Positions 18,331 to 29,016 of a DNA stretch of 64,000 nt are shown one piece after another; position 1 is the stretch's first letter, and the number at the start of each line of letters is the position of its first letter. The position numbers were made by a program, and so were the translations under genes. The DNA comes from Candidatus Aminicenantes bacterium. Its GTDB lineage: Bacteria; Acidobacteriota; Aminicenantia; Aminicenantales; CALLJL01. The stretch lies in contig JBBIRF010000002.1 of the NCBI GenBank assembly GCA_037441905.1, positions 85,806 through 149,805 on the forward strand, read 5' to 3'. Below the pieces are notes generated by a model. That model worked only from the letters and a program-made list of their open reading frames with translations, searched no databases and was not told the DNA's origin.

Positions 18331-19594
18331 TTTTGCCTTCTCGAACGACCCATTTTCCTTTTTTGAAGACATGGACAATCGGGTTCGGGCCAGGATGGTA
18401 AATCAGGTGGATATAGTTAGGGATGGAGCAGAGAACGAGGTCCATATCCTTGCCAGGCTCGAGGCTACCGATTCTATCGTGTCGCTCCAAGGCATAAGCG
18501 GCGTTGGCCGTGGCCGCCGTGATGGCTTCTTCCACCTGGAAGCCAAGAAGAAAAACGGCTAACTGAGTGACAAGCAGCATTGACTCTGTCATCGAGCTTC
18601 CGGGGTTAAAGTCGGTGGCTATGGCTACAATCGCGCCCGCGTCGATAAGCCGACGGGCCGGAGGAAGTTGGCCTAAGCGCAGGAAAAGGGGGACCATCGG
18701 AAGAAGGACGGCGGTAGTGTTGCTTCGGGCCAGCGTTTCAACCCCCTTCTGAGAGACATGGATTAGGTGGTCGGCCGAAACAGCCCCGAGCTCAACGGCC
18801 AGCTCGGCCCCGCCCAGAGAAGAAAATTCGTCCGCATGGAGCCTGAGTTTTAACCCCAGGCGGCGGCCGGCGGCGGCGATTATTCTGGTTTCTTCCGGCG
18901 AGTAAACTCCTGCCTCGCAGAAAACATCGATAAACTCGGCTAACCCTTTTTCCTTGACCTCAGGCAGGATTTCATTAACCAGGAGGTTTATATAGGCAGG
19001 CTTGTTGTTTTTATATTCGGCCGGGACTTCGTGAGCCCCGAGAAAAGTGGGAATGATTTCCACCGGATGAATCTTCCGGAGTTCCTGCAAGACCTGGAGT
19101 TGTTTTATTTCAGTTTCCAAATTAAGGCCGTAGCCGCTCTTGGCCTCGATGGTTGTCGTGCCCAGAAGGAGCATCGAGGTCAAGCGGCTAAAACATTCCC
19201 TGGTCAGTTCATCGGTGGTAATCTCGCGGGTTGCCCTGACAGTGGTTTGGATTCCCAGGCCTCTGGCGGCCAATTCCTGGTAGGTTGCGCCCCGGAGGCG
19301 AAGTAAAAACTCTTCCTCCCTGGTGCCGGCAAAAGGAAGGTGAGTGTGAGGGTCGACGAACCCTGGAAACCCGACGAGCCCGCATGCCTCCAGGACGACC
19401 CCCCCTGGAGCAACCTTGACCTCGACATCAAGCTCTTTGTCAGGCCCGACATAGACAATTTTTCCTCCCGCGGAGGCGATAGCCGCCCCTTCGATTATTC
19501 CGAGGTCGAGCATTGCCTGTTTTCTTTTCGGAATCGGGCCGCGACAGGTAACCAGTTGTTTCAGGCCGCGAATGACCAGGTCAGCTGATTTCAT
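18317..19594 (-). CDS. hutI: Imidazolonepropionase (HutI, amidohydrolase superfamily)
   Basis: The motifs [23 protein letters not shown] and a downstream HxDE block match the HutI hallmarks. The gene overlaps the ftsZ stop by 14 nt and the convergent permease by 14 nt. Confidence 0.7.
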   Translation of the reverse strand: MKSADLVIRGLKQLVTCRGPIPKRKQAMLDLGIIEGAAIASAGGKIVYVGPDKELDVEVKVAPGGVVLEACGLVGFPGFVDPHTHLPFAGTREEEFLLRLRGATYQELAARGLGIQTTVRATREITTDELTRECFSRLTSMLLLGTTTIEAKSGYGLNLETEIKQLQVLQELRKIHPVEIIPTFLGAHEVPAEYKNNKPAYINLLVNEILPEVKEKGLAEFIDVFCEAGVYSPEETRIIAAAGRRLGLKLRLHADEFSSLGGAELAVELGAVSADHLIHVSQKGVETLARSNTTAVLLPMVPLFLRLGQLPPARRLIDAGAIVAIATDFNPGSSMTESMLLVTQLAVFLLGFQVEEAITAATANAAYALERHDRIGSLEPGKDMDLVLCSIPNYIHLIYHPGPNPIVHVFKKGKWVVREGKIRLN

Positions 19595-20831
19595 GCGTCT
19601 TTTTCCATGGAGATGGAGTCGGCTTGATGCCTGATTGAGGTAGATTTAACCGCTTCGGCGGGGTGTTGCGCCGGTAAGCCGGCGATTTAAAGGCGTCCCA
19701 TTGCCTGGTACTCTGGGTTGAGTTCCAGAGGAAATCCTGGTTAGCCTTAGGTTCGAACAGATAGGGAGGAGTTTCTGTCTGGATGGGAAAAGGCGGCGGG
19801 GTTCTTCTCGAAACCAGAGGCGGCGTCTCTTCAAGGGCGACTTTCTCGCAGCCCGGCTCGAACCCGGTGGCAATGACCGTAACTTTGACCATGTCTTTGA
19901 GGGATGGCTCGATTACTGTCCCGAAGATGATATTGGCTTCCGGATGGGCCAGCTCATGAATAAGACGAGAAGCCTTCCAGACTTCATGGAGAGTGAGGTC
20001 CTTACCGCCGGTGATGTTGATGAGAACTCCCCGGGCTCCCTTGATTGAAGTGTCGACCAGGAGTGGGCTCGAAATAGCTTTCTGAGCCGCCTCAACCGCC
20101 CTGTTTTCGCCGGAAGCAATCCCTGTTCCCATAAAAGCCATTCCCATTCCCTTCATGATCGACTTGACGTCGGCGAAATCAAGGTTGATCAGGCCAGGTT
20201 TTGTCACTAAGTCCGATATCCCCTGGACGGCCTGACGGAGGACGTCGTCGGCCAACCGAAAGGCATCCTGGATCGAGGTGTCGAGGTTCACGGTCTCGAG
20301 CAGACGTTCGTTCGGTATCGAAATTACCGTAGCCACGGCCGACTTTAGCTCAGCCAGACCTTCTTCAGCTTGTTTTGCTCGCACCTTTCCCTCGAAAGCG
20401 AAAGGCATGGTAACAATGGCGATGACCAGAATATCCATTTCCGCCGCGAGGTTAGCTAAAACTGGAGTAGCGCCGGTTCCCGTTCCGCCACCCAACCCAG
20501 CGGTGAGAAAAACCATGTCTGCTCCCTGAAGAATTTCCTGCAGTCGCTCCCGGTCATCCAGGGCAGCCTGACGGCCGATTTCAGGGTGACCGCCCGAGCC
20601 TAAGCCTTTGGTCAGCTGGGCCCCCACCTGTATTTTTAAGGGAGCCAGGTTTGTCTGGAGTGCCTGGACATCGGTATTAACGGCGACAAATTCAACCCCT
20701 TCGATGTTTGCCTCGATCATTCGGTTAACGGCGTTGCCCCCTCCACCGCCGATCCCGATTACTTTTATTTTGGCTGCCGGAGTTTCCTCAACTAAATGAA
20801 ACTTCAGACGGTTTGGCTTTTCTTCGGCCAT
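19581..20831 (-). CDS. ftsZ: Cell division GTPase FtsZ
   Basis: The tubulin signature [13 protein letters not shown] and the motifs NTDVQAL and GGGTGTG are present. A GGAGGTG RBS is upstream. The C-terminal tail is long and Pro-rich. Confidence 0.95.
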   Translation of the reverse strand: MAEEKPNRLKFHLVEETPAAKIKVIGIGGGGGNAVNRMIEANIEGVEFVAVNTDVQALQTNLAPLKIQVGAQLTKGLGSGGHPEIGRQAALDDRERLQEILQGADMVFLTAGLGGGTGTGATPVLANLAAEMDILVIAIVTMPFAFEGKVRAKQAEEGLAELKSAVATVISIPNERLLETVNLDTSIQDAFRLADDVLRQAVQGISDLVTKPGLINLDFADVKSIMKGMGMAFMGTGIASGENRAVEAAQKAISSPLLVDTSIKGARGVLINITGGKDLTLHEVWKASRLIHELAHPEANIIFGTVIEPSLKDMVKVTVIATGFEPGCEKVALEETPPLVSRRTPPPFPIQTETPPYLFEPKANQDFLWNSTQSTRQWDAFKSPAYRRNTPPKRLNLPQSGIKPTPSPWKKTHEIS

Positions 20832-20844
20832 TGGTCACCTCCCC

Positions 20845-22068
20845 TCATTCTTTAAGCCAGTCAAAAAATCTGGCCAAGATGCCTCTTTTTCTTTCTTTCG
20901 TCATGCCTCTTTCCCGCCATTTATTAAACCCGTAGAGAATTAGCCCGACCGAGGTGGAGTAGTCGGGCGTGCTCACCCGGTCGACCAGGCCACCAATGCC
21001 CGCTGGTTCACCTCTTCTGACTGGCAGGTCGAAAATTTCCTCGGCGACTTCTTCCAGTCCTTCGAGAAGAGCTGTTCCCCCGGTGAGAACGATTCCTGAG
21101 TTGAGCGACTTTTCAAACCCCATCCGCTTGATGTCGCTGTCGACCAAGCGAAAAATTTCTTCCGCCCGCGGCTGAATGATGTCAGCCAGAATCTGCCGGG
21201 AAAGAACGCGCGGGCGCTTTCCTTTGCCCACACTCGGCACCTCGATCGTTTCCGCCTCATCCATGCCTGGGCCGACGATACAGCCGTATCTTTTCTTGAT
21301 TTTTTCCGCCTCGGAAATGGGCGTCCGCAGGCCAACAGCGATATCGTTGGTGAAATTGTCTCCTCCGAGAGGGATGGTGCAGGTGTACCAGAGGCTGCCG
21401 CGCTCGAAGATGGCGACTTCGGTTGTCCCGGCGCCGATGTCAATCAACCCAACGCCCAGTTCCATCTCATCCGGGGTTAAAGTCGAGGCGGCAGTGGCGA
21501 TTTGATTGAGAACAATTTCTTCGATTTCGATGTCGGCTCGTTCGAAACAAGCTCTGAGGTTTTGAGCGGAAGTAATCGCCGCGGTGACGATATGGACGTT
21601 CACCTCTAACTTGATGCCGCTCATGCCCAGGGGGTCTTTGATTCCGTCTTGTTCGTCGACGACAAATTCCTGGGGGATGATGTGGATAATTTCTCGGTCG
21701 GGCGGGATAGAAATCGCCCGCGATTGGTCGATGACGCGATGAATATCCTCGCGGGTGATCTCTCTGTTCTTGCCCGAAACGGCGACAACTCCCCGGCTGT
21801 TAAAGCTTTTAATATGGGCCCCAGAAATTCCCGCATAAGCCGAGGCTACCTCGACCCCTGCCATGAGCTCGGCTTCTTCCCGCGCCTTTCTTAAAGCGTC
21901 GGTAGCCGCATCCAGGTTGACGACGACCCCGTTGCGTAAGCCTCCCCTGGAATCAGCCACCCCGATGCCGACGATTTCGACTTTTCTTTCCTCGGTGATC
22001 TCGCCGATGATACAGCAAACTTTTTTCGTCCCAAGGTCAAACCCAACAATGTAACCGCTCTTTGGCAT
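20845..22068 (-). CDS. ftsA: Cell division protein FtsA
   Basis: An actin-like ATPase fold (FDLGTKKV ... DIGAGTTEVAIF) with a C-terminal amphipathic helix FFDWLKE. Confidence 0.9.
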   Translation of the reverse strand: MPKSGYIVGFDLGTKKVCCIIGEITEERKVEIVGIGVADSRGGLRNGVVVNLDAATDALRKAREEAELMAGVEVASAYAGISGAHIKSFNSRGVVAVSGKNREITREDIHRVIDQSRAISIPPDREIIHIIPQEFVVDEQDGIKDPLGMSGIKLEVNVHIVTAAITSAQNLRACFERADIEIEEIVLNQIATAASTLTPDEMELGVGLIDIGAGTTEVAIFERGSLWYTCTIPLGGDNFTNDIAVGLRTPISEAEKIKKRYGCIVGPGMDEAETIEVPSVGKGKRPRVLSRQILADIIQPRAEEIFRLVDSDIKRMGFEKSLNSGIVLTGGTALLEGLEEVAEEIFDLPVRRGEPAGIGGLVDRVSTPDYSTSVGLILYGFNKWRERGMTKERKRGILARFFDWLKE

Positions 22069-22931
22069 CAGAATTCCTCCTTGGTCAGGCTGGCTGGCTC
22101 TAAGTCCCCGGCCAAGACTGATTTGGGTTGGAAATAAATCCGGTCTTCATAAAAGCGGAGGTCGACGTATTCCAGGGGGCCGAAACTTTCCTCGAGCCAG
22201 GCCCGGCGTTCCTGGTAGAGAGCCAGCTTTTCTTCGAAACGGTCTCTTCCGAGAATAAGACGCGTCGGCTGGTCGACGAATTCGAGAATCAAGCAAGCCG
22301 GCGACCGGAAAACAAATAATCTCGCTTTCGGTTGACCCTCCGGCGGGATAGCCTGGAGGCATTCTTTGACCAGGGCCAGGTCATCGGGCGTTAGGCGGGC
22401 TGCCCCTGTGGGGATGAAAACCCAGGGTAAAGCCGGCTGAGCCTCGAGCGACTCTTTTTCTAGGATGACCCCTTCTTCATCGACCAGAAGAGTTTCGGCC
22501 GGAGTTTTCACTAATATCAGCGGCTGCCTCTCCTCGATGCTAACCTCGAGGGTTGAGGGAAGTATTTTCCTCAGCCGGGCGCTTTTTACCCAGGGATGGG
22601 TGAGGACGTTCTTTTCCAGGGTTTTTAGGTCAAGCTTCAGGATATTCCCCAGGTTTTTCTCTCCGAAAGTCATCATGAGTTCCTGGCGAAGTTGGAGCCG
22701 GTTAGTGTTTATTTTTATCTGGCGAACCCTCAACTTTTCCCATGTCGTCAGAGAGACGTAGGCTCTTGACCCCAGGTAGGTCAGAAAGCCAGCCAGGGCA
22801 AAAAGTAAAGTTATATGCTTAAAAGTAAGCCTGATTTTCTTATTAACTTTTTTCAGCTTCAGGCGGGTCGTGCTTCTCTGGAAAGGATAGGGGTTTAAGC
22901 TCAAGGGCGGGGAGAATGGTTGGACTTTCAT
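22068..22931 (-). CDS. ftsQ: Cell division protein FtsQ/DivIB (POTRA domain)
   Basis: 287 aa with a single N-terminal TM segment followed by a periplasmic POTRA-like domain. It lies between murC and ftsA in the dcw cluster. Confidence 0.75.
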   Translation of the reverse strand: MKVQPFSPPLSLNPYPFQRSTTRLKLKKVNKKIRLTFKHITLLFALAGFLTYLGSRAYVSLTTWEKLRVRQIKINTNRLQLRQELMMTFGEKNLGNILKLDLKTLEKNVLTHPWVKSARLRKILPSTLEVSIEERQPLILVKTPAETLLVDEEGVILEKESLEAQPALPWVFIPTGAARLTPDDLALVKECLQAIPPEGQPKARLFVFRSPACLILEFVDQPTRLILGRDRFEEKLALYQERRAWLEESFGPLEYVDLRFYEDRIYFQPKSVLAGDLEPASLTKEEF

Positions 22932-24322
22932 TTGTTCGCCTCTTTCTCTAACCTCGCCACTATTCCGGGTATAACCCGCGGAATGTTGCCGGCTCCCAGG
23001 ACGAGAACCATGTCCCGGGGAGCTACCAGACTGGCGACGAGGTCAGGAATTTTTTCGAGGTCGGGTTCGTAATAGACATTTTTGTGGCCGTATTCCTGGA
23101 TAGCCTGAAAGAGAGTCAGCCCGTTGATTCCCGGAATGGCGTCTTCGCCCGCGGCGTAAACTTCGGTTAACACCAGGATATCGGCCTGGTTAAAGCACAT
23201 GGCAAAAGCTTTCAGCAGATGATAAAGCCGGGTATACCGATGGGGTTGGAAAACGACCAATAAACGACGGTGGAAGCCTTCCTTGGCGGCGTTCAGCGTG
23301 GCCCTGATTTCGGTGGGGTGATGAGCGTAATCTTCGATAATCATGAGGTCGTTGATGGTTTTCTTAAGTTCAAAACGCCGGCCAGTGCCAGAATAGTTTT
23401 CGAGGGCCTGGAGGATCGAACTGAGAGGAATTTCCAGGTCCAAGCCGACAGCCACGGCCGCCATGGCGTTAAGGATGTTGTGCTCGCCAGGAACCCTAAG
23501 GTGGAGGTCGCCGATAAATTGCCCGTATTGGTAGAGACGGGCCCAGCCCTCGAACCCCTGGAAGCGAAGACTGCGAGCGGAAATATCGGCCTGGGAGGAG
23601 AATCCGTAGGTAATTATTTTCCTTTCTATTTGCGGAATTAGCTCCTGGAGGTTAGGGTCGTCAAGACAAAGAATGACCGGACAATAGAACGGGACTTTAT
23701 TGGCAAAGCGAATAAAGGTCTTCTTGAGCTCATCCAGGTTCTGGTAGTGGTCGAGGTGTTCGAGGTCGATATTTGTCAGGACGGCTATAAACGGGGAGAG
23801 GTAGAGAAATGAACGGTCGCTTTCGTCGGCTTCAGCCACCAAGAAATCGCCCGCCCCGAGTTTTCCGTGGCTACCTATGGTATTTAGACGTCCCCCGACG
23901 ACGATGGTCGGGTCGTACCCGCCAGCTTCCAAGACCAGGGCGATCATTGACGTTGTCGTGGTTTTTCCATGAGAGCCGGCTACAGCAATCCCGTATTTCA
24001 TCCGCATGAGTTCAGCCAGCATCTCGGCCCGCGGGATGACGGGAATTTTTTGCCGCCGCGCCTCCTCAACTTCGGTGTTATCAGGCCTGATGGCCGAAGA
24101 GATAACGACCACATCCGACCCGAGAACATGCCGGCTGTTATGACCGATATGTATCTCAGCTCCTAACCGCTTGAGCCTTTCGATGGCCTCGTTAGACTGG
24201 AGGTCTGAACCGGAAACTTTGTAGCCGAGGTTGAGGAGGACTTCAGCAATGCCGCTCATCCCTGTCCCGCCTATTCCGACGAGATGAATTCTTTTCAGCC
24301 GACGATAAACTTGCTTAACCAA
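22928..24322 (-). CDS. murC: UDP-N-acetylmuramate--L-alanine ligase MurC
   Basis: The N-terminus RRLKRIHLVGIGGTGMSGIAEVL and the Mur ligase motif GSHGKTTTTSM are present. Confidence 0.9.
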   Translation of the reverse strand: MVKQVYRRLKRIHLVGIGGTGMSGIAEVLLNLGYKVSGSDLQSNEAIERLKRLGAEIHIGHNSRHVLGSDVVVISSAIRPDNTEVEEARRQKIPVIPRAEMLAELMRMKYGIAVAGSHGKTTTTSMIALVLEAGGYDPTIVVGGRLNTIGSHGKLGAGDFLVAEADESDRSFLYLSPFIAVLTNIDLEHLDHYQNLDELKKTFIRFANKVPFYCPVILCLDDPNLQELIPQIERKIITYGFSSQADISARSLRFQGFEGWARLYQYGQFIGDLHLRVPGEHNILNAMAAVAVGLDLEIPLSSILQALENYSGTGRRFELKKTINDLMIIEDYAHHPTEIRATLNAAKEGFHRRLLVVFQPHRYTRLYHLLKAFAMCFNQADILVLTEVYAAGEDAIPGINGLTLFQAIQEYGHKNVYYEPDLEKIPDLVASLVAPRDMVLVLGAGNIPRVIPGIVARLEKEANK

Positions 24323-25421
24323 CGTCCAACCTCCCCACGTTTGTTTTCATCAGTTCCAGACACAGCCCGGCGATTTTTTCCTCGGGTTCGGCCACTTCGA
24401 GCTCACGCAAGCGTTCTTCCATGGCGGTCAGTTTCTCCGGATGTTCAAAATAATCTTGAATTTTTCGAGCGAGGGCCTCGGGTGAAGCCTCGTTTTCCGA
24501 TAGCATATCAGCCGCCTGCCGCGAGACGAGCTCCCGGGCATTCCAGTACTGATGATTTTCCGCTGCCCGGGCAAAAGGAATGAGAATGGCGGCGCGGCGG
24601 GAAGCGATGAGTTCAGCCACTGAAGTTGCCCCTGCCCGGCAGATAATCAAGTCAGCTAAAGCGAAGCGAGCCGGCATGTCAAAAAAGTAGGGGGAGACGA
24701 TTCTCGAGGGAAAGCCATGTTCTGCATAAGCTCTTTCGACCAGGTCAAACTCCTGGGGTCCGGTCTGGTGGATAAAAAGAATTTTTTCTTCGAGAGGTTT
24801 GAGCAGGGGCAAAGTTCTAATGATTAACTGGTTCAGAAAGTGAGACCCCTGGCTGCCGCCAAAAATAAGGATGGTGAAAGGAGTTCTGTTTTTTCGAGGC
24901 GGAATCCTGCGGAACTCAGGCCGCACCGGATTACCCAAGAAAACGCCTTTTGAACCGAAATAAGGGAGAGTGCTGCGAAAGGCGACGATTGCCTTTTTGG
25001 CAACCGGCCGGAGGATTCGGTTGGTAAAACCCGGACGGGCGTTTTGTTCGAGAATCAAGGCGGGCCTGCGGCAAACCCAGGAAGCGGCGACGACCGGACC
25101 AGAGCTATACCCACCAGCGCCGATGACCAGGGCCGGCCTTTTCCGCCAGAGCAAGCCCAGGGATTTAATAAAAGCAACGGGAATGAGGAGCAAACTCCGA
25201 AGCGCCCGTCTCCCCCGACCGCGGAGGCCCTCCACCCGCAGGCTGATAAATTTCTCTCCCTGTTGCTGGATTATTTCCTTCTCCAGAGCCCGCGCGCTGC
25301 CGATAAAATAAATATCTATATCAGGCATTTTTTCCCTTAATTTTCGGCCGATGGCGAGCGCCGGGTAGAGATGCCCCCCGGTTCCGCCGCCAGCGATAAA
25401 CACGGTTCGTTGACCACTCAT
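24315..25421 (-). CDS. murG: UDP-GlcNAc:undecaprenyl-PP-MurNAc-pentapeptide GlcNAc transferase MurG
   Basis: The GT28 N-terminus IAGGGTGGHLYPALA is present. The gene overlaps its neighbours by 4-8 nt. Confidence 0.9.
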   Translation of the reverse strand: MSGQRTVFIAGGGTGGHLYPALAIGRKLREKMPDIDIYFIGSARALEKEIIQQQGEKFISLRVEGLRGRGRRALRSLLLIPVAFIKSLGLLWRKRPALVIGAGGYSSGPVVAASWVCRRPALILEQNARPGFTNRILRPVAKKAIVAFRSTLPYFGSKGVFLGNPVRPEFRRIPPRKNRTPFTILIFGGSQGSHFLNQLIIRTLPLLKPLEEKILFIHQTGPQEFDLVERAYAEHGFPSRIVSPYFFDMPARFALADLIICRAGATSVAELIASRRAAILIPFARAAENHQYWNARELVSRQAADMLSENEASPEALARKIQDYFEHPEKLTAMEERLRELEVAEPEEKIAGLCLELMKTNVGRLDVG

Positions 25422-26551
25422 TTAGAAAACTCGTTCAGAGGTTTCCGCTGGGATATGTTCAAGAGTAACCCGATAGCCACCAGGTTGCAGATAAGAGCTG
25501 ACCGGCCATAGCTAACAAAAGGGAGAGGTACACCCTTGGTTGGGCCGAGAGCCAGGACAATGGAAATATTTAGCAGAGCCTGGCTGCAAAGGATTAAGGT
25601 CAACCCATAGCCGGTAAGCTTTTGGCTTAAGCTGGGGGCGTGGCGGGCGACCTTCAATCCTCTCCAGAAAAGGAGAAAATAAAGAGCCAGGACGGAAAAA
25701 GTTCCCAAGAGGCCGAACTCTTCGCCGATGATAGCATAGATAAAATCTGTATGAGCACAGGGGAGGAAATAAAGTTTTTGGGTGCTTTCTCCCAGCCCGA
25801 CTCCAACCCAGCCGCCGCTCCCGACAGCCAGTTTGGATTGCGCCACCTGGAAGCCAGTCCGGTCTCGGTGTTCCTCAGGAGCCAGGAAAGCTTCCCATCT
25901 CTGGCGGCGGTAGTCGTCTCGGGGGAGTTGTTGAAAATAGACGATAAAAAGAGCCAGGGCTAAACCAGCGATAGCCCCGAGATAACGAATTTTCACCCCG
26001 CCGACGAAGAGAATAAGAAAGCTAATGAACAAAATAAGGACAGAAGTACCGAAGTCTGGCTCCCGGAGAATTAGCAGGACTACCAGACCGATGACTCCAA
26101 GGCAGGCCAGCAAGCACTTGGCCTCGTTCAGGCGCTCTCTATTTCTTTCCAGATAATTGGCCAGGAAAAGGATAAGGCTGAGCTTAGCCAGCTCGGATGG
26201 TTGAAACCTGAGCCCGAAGGCCATCACCCAGCGATTGGTTCCGTTGACGGGGGGCATAATAAAACAGAGACTGAGTAAGAGCAGGGTTAGGGCCAGCAGG
26301 CCGTAAACAACCTTGGATTCCAGGTAAATCGCCGGTTTAAGATAAATCAAGGCCACCATCGCCCCTAAACCTACAACGGCGCCAGTTATCTGCTGGATAA
26401 GGAAATAAAACGGGTGTTGATATCTTTCAGCCGCGGGCAGGGCCGAAGCGCTGAAAACCATGATGAAACCCACGAAGAGCAAAGCTAAAGTGGTAAAAAA
26501 CAGAGGCTTATCGAAACCACCTATCCGGAAAGTTTCTTTTGGCCTCGTCAT
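25418..26551 (-). CDS. ftsW: Peptidoglycan glycosyltransferase/lipid II flippase FtsW (SEDS family)
   Basis: A multi-TM SEDS protein. The likely start is the ATG at 26549-26551 (MTRPKETF...), which makes ATGA with the murD stop. The ORF track extends 15 codons further upstream. Confidence 0.85.
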   Translation of the reverse strand: MTRPKETFRIGGFDKPLFFTTLALLFVGFIMVFSASALPAAERYQHPFYFLIQQITGAVVGLGAMVALIYLKPAIYLESKVVYGLLALTLLLLSLCFIMPPVNGTNRWVMAFGLRFQPSELAKLSLILFLANYLERNRERLNEAKCLLACLGVIGLVVLLILREPDFGTSVLILFISFLILFVGGVKIRYLGAIAGLALALFIVYFQQLPRDDYRRQRWEAFLAPEEHRDRTGFQVAQSKLAVGSGGWVGVGLGESTQKLYFLPCAHTDFIYAIIGEEFGLLGTFSVLALYFLLFWRGLKVARHAPSLSQKLTGYGLTLILCSQALLNISIVLALGPTKGVPLPFVSYGRSALICNLVAIGLLLNISQRKPLNEFSK

Positions 26552-27930
26552 GCTTGCCCCTTTTCTAGCCGCCTGGCCAGTCGTCTGACTTCGCATTTAA
26601 AAACTTTCCCCCGGTGTTCAAAATCGCGGAACATATCAAAGCTGGTACAGGCGGGTGAAAGAAGAACGGTCTCGTTCGGCCGGGCTGATTGAAAGGCAAG
26701 GTCGACGGCTTCTTTCATCGTCGAGGCCATCTCGACCGCAGCCGTGCCTTCGAGCGCTTTCTTGATTTTTTCTCTGGCCTCACCGAGGAGAATCAAGTGC
26801 CGGACGCGATTCTTGATTACCGGCCGAAGCGGCCTGAAATCAGCCCCTTTATCTCTTCCGCCCATTATGAGAACAATTCCTGGTTTCAGGGAGCTTAAAG
26901 CTTTGATGGTAGCGTCGACAGTAGTGGCCTTAGAATCATTGTAAAAAGTAACTCCCCGAAGAGTCAGAACCTTTTCCAGGCGATGCTCCAGGCCAGTGAA
27001 CTGGTTTAAGACTTGCTTAATCTCTTCTCGAGAAACAGCAAACAGCCGGCTGACGATGAGGGCCGCCATTACGTTATCCAGGTTGTGGGGGCCTGGCAGT
27101 TTAACCCAGCTGCGAGGAACAGCCAATTCTTCCGGGCCGGTGCTGATGATTATCCTGTTGTTTTCCAGATAAGCGCCCGGCAAAACCCGGCGGCGTTGAC
27201 TGAAACCGCAGCTGCGGGCGCTGATTATCTTATGGAGTTCCCAGACTCGGGAATCATCCCGATTGAGGACGGCTGTGTCGAACGGTTCCAGGTTAGTAAA
27301 AAGTTTCTGTTTGTTTTTCCAGTAGGCTTCGAGCGAACCATGCCAGTCAAGATGGTTGGGGCTGAAATTAAGGAAGACGGCTACCTCGCAGCGGAAATCA
27401 TGGCAAAACTCCAGCTGAAAGCTCGATATTTCGGTGACGTAAATATCGCCCGGTCGGCTCGAGGCGGCCATCCTGATAAGCGGCCGGCCGATGTTACCAG
27501 CCAGGTGAGAACGGTAGTGTCCAGCCCGCAGGAGCTGGTGGATGAGGGAGGTAGTAGTTGATTTTCCGTTCGTCCCGGTTATGCCGATAATTTTGCCCTT
27601 CAGGAAGGCGGCGGCGAGTTCAATTTCGGCGACGACCGGAATCCCTTTTTCTTTGGCCGCCTTGACCTCTGGAATCAGCGGCACTCCTGGGGAAGGCACA
27701 ATCAGGTCAACTCTGAGGAAGGTTTCTAACCTGTGCCCGCCAGTCTCGAGCGTCACTCCCTTCTGTTTCCATTCGGCCAGATTGACCGTTAATTCTGAAG
27801 CCGGCTTTTTCTCGCTTACCCACACCCGAGCGCCCTTGGCCAGCAGAAAATTGACCAAGGCTTCGCCCGTCTTTCCCGCGCCTACCACTAAAACCTTTTT
27901 GCCTTGCAATTCGGCTATTTGTTTTTTCAT
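26548..27930 (-). CDS. murD: UDP-N-acetylmuramoylalanine--D-glutamate ligase MurD
   Basis: The N-terminus KKVLVVGAGKTG and the Mur ligase core GTNGKSTTT are present. Confidence 0.9.
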   Translation of the reverse strand: MKKQIAELQGKKVLVVGAGKTGEALVNFLLAKGARVWVSEKKPASELTVNLAEWKQKGVTLETGGHRLETFLRVDLIVPSPGVPLIPEVKAAKEKGIPVVAEIELAAAFLKGKIIGITGTNGKSTTTSLIHQLLRAGHYRSHLAGNIGRPLIRMAASSRPGDIYVTEISSFQLEFCHDFRCEVAVFLNFSPNHLDWHGSLEAYWKNKQKLFTNLEPFDTAVLNRDDSRVWELHKIISARSCGFSQRRRVLPGAYLENNRIIISTGPEELAVPRSWVKLPGPHNLDNVMAALIVSRLFAVSREEIKQVLNQFTGLEHRLEKVLTLRGVTFYNDSKATTVDATIKALSSLKPGIVLIMGGRDKGADFRPLRPVIKNRVRHLILLGEAREKIKKALEGTAAVEMASTMKEAVDLAFQSARPNETVLLSPACTSFDMFRDFEHRGKVFKCEVRRLARRLEKGQA

Positions 27931-29015
27931 CTCAGCTTCAAAGTGGTTAGACTAAAAAGGGCAAAGATAATTCCGAGAATCCAGAAGCGGACAACCACCT
28001 TTTCTTCGGGCCAGCCAAGAAGCTCGAAATGGTGATGCAGCGGGGCCATCTTGAAGACTCGCTTCCCCCCCGAAAAACGAAAATAACCCACCTGAATAAT
28101 GACGGAAAGCGCCTCGAGGATAAAAACGCCGGCGACGGTGAAAAGCAGGAACTCCTGTTTAATTAGGATGGCAATTATCGCCTGAGCCGCGCCAAGGGAA
28201 AGGGCGCCGGTATCACCCATAAAAACCTGGGCGGGATGGCAGTTAAACCAGAGAAACCCGAGACAGGCGCCGGCCAGGGCGCCGGCAAACACGGTTAATT
28301 CAGCCGCCCTCGGCACCCAGGTGACGTTGAGATATTGGGAAAACCGAGCGTGGCCAGCAATATAGGTTAAGGCAGTGAGAGCGCTGGCGCTGATGGCCAT
28401 GAGCCCGATGGCCAGGCCGTCAAGCCCGTCGGCCAGGTTGACCGAGTTCGAGGACCCGACCAGGATGAAGATAATCCAGGGGAGGTAGAACCAGCCGAGA
28501 TAAGGCGTCCAGGTTTTAAAAAAAGGAAAATTAAGCTGCAGACTGAAGCGGCCGGAAAGCCCCAGATAAATAAGAAATAAACCAAGTACCGCGGCGAGGG
28601 AGAATTGAAAGAGGAGCTTCGCCCGGCCTTTCAACCCCAGCGACCGGCGATGCCTGATTTTAAGCAAGTCGTCGCAGAATCCGATTAACCCAAAAAGAAC
28701 CAGAGTGGCCATGCTTAGCCAAACATAGATGTTTCCCAGGTTTCCCCAGAGCAAAGTCGGTATTATGGTAGCGCTTAAAATCAAGAGCCCGCCCATCGAG
28801 GGTGTTCCTTTTTTGGGCAGATGGGTTTGCGGCCCTTCAGGTCTTATTTCCTGGCTGAGCTGCATCTTTTTCAACCAGCGAATGAGGCACGGTCCGAAAA
28901 GAAAACTTATCAGGAGGGCGGTAATTCCGGCTAAGGCTGTCCTGACTGTGATGTAGCGGAAGACGTTAAAAAAGATGTGAACTTCCCTCAGGGGTACGAG
29001 AACCCAGGTAAGCAA
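27927..29015 (-). CDS. mraY: Phospho-N-acetylmuramoyl-pentapeptide transferase MraY
   Basis: The conserved MraY N-terminus (M)LTWVL...FNVFRYITVR aligns to E. coli MLVWLAEHL...FNVFSYLTFR. The start is reassigned to the TTG at 29013-29015, which has a perfect GAGGAGG RBS 6 nt upstream and lies 1 nt after the murF stop. The ORF track starts at another TTG at 29051. Confidence 0.85.
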   Translation of the reverse strand: MLTWVLVPLREVHIFFNVFRYITVRTALAGITALLISFLFGPCLIRWLKKMQLSQEIRPEGPQTHLPKKGTPSMGGLLILSATIIPTLLWGNLGNIYVWLSMATLVLFGLIGFCDDLLKIRHRRSLGLKGRAKLLFQFSLAAVLGLFLIYLGLSGRFSLQLNFPFFKTWTPYLGWFYLPWIIFILVGSSNSVNLADGLDGLAIGLMAISASALTALTYIAGHARFSQYLNVTWVPRAAELTVFAGALAGACLGFLWFNCHPAQVFMGDTGALSLGAAQAIIAILIKQEFLLFTVAGVFILEALSVIIQVGYFRFSGGKRVFKMAPLHHHFELLGWPEEKVVVRFWILGIIFALFSLTTLKLR

Positions 29016-29016
29016 T

